DNA from: an uncultured Planctomycetota bacterium
GTDB lineage: Bacteria > Planctomycetota > Planctomycetia > Isosphaerales > Isosphaeraceae
Length of the DNA stretch: 64,000 nucleotides
Direction: 5' to 3'
NCBI GenBank assembly: GCA_963845755.1
Contig: CAWJTV010000038.1
Span: forward strand, 64,001 to 128,000
Of the stretch, positions 63,375-64,000 are shown one piece after another. Each line of letters begins with the position of its first letter. The stretch's first letter is position 1. The translations under genes were made by a program, and so were the position numbers. Below the pieces are notes generated by a model that did no database searches, was not told where the DNA came from, and saw only the letters and a program-made list of their open reading frames with translations.

Positions 63375-63490
63375 GGCTGTTTCAAAAGGGGGACAGGCAC
63401 CTCGAAGATTCGGAGCCAGTCCCCGTTTTGGTTTCAAAAGGGGGACAGGCACCTCGAAGACTCGGAGCCAGTCCCCGTTTTGAAACAGCC
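63375..63490. repeat. MITE/REP-like element: 13-bp terminal inverted repeats enclosing two tandem 52-bp hairpin units
   Basis: GGCTGTTTCAAAA...TTTTGAAACAGCC; units 63379-63430 and 63431-63482 differ by one base. Confidence 0.85.
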
Positions 63491-63506
63491 AGTAAGCGGC
63501 TGTCCT

Positions 63507-63573
63507 CGTAGGGAGGGTGCAACCGACCGAACCTCTGGGTTCCCTGGGACTGGTGGGTTTCACCCGTTCTACG
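63507..63573. repeat. GTAG-type REP doublet
   Basis: cgtagggagggtgcaaccgacc...ggtgggtttcacccgttctacg. Confidence 0.7.
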
Positions 63574-63600
63574 AATTGTCCTACCGGCCCAGCCTGTCAA

Positions 63601-64000
63601 TCAGCCGTTGATGACCTTCAGGATTCGCTGCCAGTATCCCTGGCGTTCCCGCTGGAGGTCGGTGATCTTCCGGGTCAGGTGGGCGTACATCTCCGGGCCG
63701 CTCATGGCGGGCATCGCCGCGGTCAGAGGGCCTTCCTTTTCCTCGGGCGCGGCGGCGGGCCGTTTCTTTCTGGGCTTCTCCGCCGGTTCCGGGGGTTTCC
63801 GTGAGGTCTCCTCGGTGGAGCGTTGGGCCGAGCGGGCACGAGGGCTCGATTCGGGCTTCGGTGAACCCGACGGGGAAGCCGGCTCGCCGCTGCTGGCCTT
63901 ACGGCTGGCTTCCGGGCTTGGGCGGGCGGGCCCTGGCGCCGGGAGATGTGCCAGTTGAGCATTCAGTCGGGTCAGCTCCTTGGTGAGCTGCTGCACCCGG
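63601..64000 (-). CDS. C-terminal fragment of a hypothetical protein (5' end outside the window)
   Basis: Open frame to the window edge; coiled-coil, Pro-rich linker, LQRERQGYWQRILK tail. Confidence 0.6.
   Translation of the reverse strand, partial: RVQQLTKELTRLNAQLAHLPAPGPARPSPEASRKASSGEPASPSGSPKPESSPRARSAQRSTEETSRKPPEPAEKPRKKRPAAAPEEKEGPLTAAMPAMSGPEMYAHLTRKITDLQRERQGYWQRILKVING

Overview
GC-rich bacterial chromosomal segment, almost certainly Planctomycetota (Isosphaeraceae-like). Evidence for this is DUF1501, two DUF1549/DUF1553 (PSD1/PSCyt) genes, DUF1559, HYExAFE, DUF4058, a LEPR-xLL exported protein and a PEP-CTERM protein. The first ~19 kb is mostly core: trpE, a duplicated mcsA-mcsA-mcsB arginine-kinase module, coaD, aroB and dprA. 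The rest is mainly planctomycete-type periplasmic/secreted proteins, a decayed IS630 element with intact terminal repeats, and many short palindromic repeats. About 20 frameshifts break otherwise intact genes, and most sit on a GCGC tetramer. This suggests long-read errors at a methylated motif rather than real pseudogenes. The best candidate for an under-described system is a four-helix-bundle (23S-IVS/bAvd-like) gene embedded in heptamer-repeat arms with direct and inverted repeats, with gene-free heptamer hairpin cassettes scattered through the window. I saw no rRNA, tRNA or CRISPR array. All family calls come from motif recognition by eye; no searches were run.
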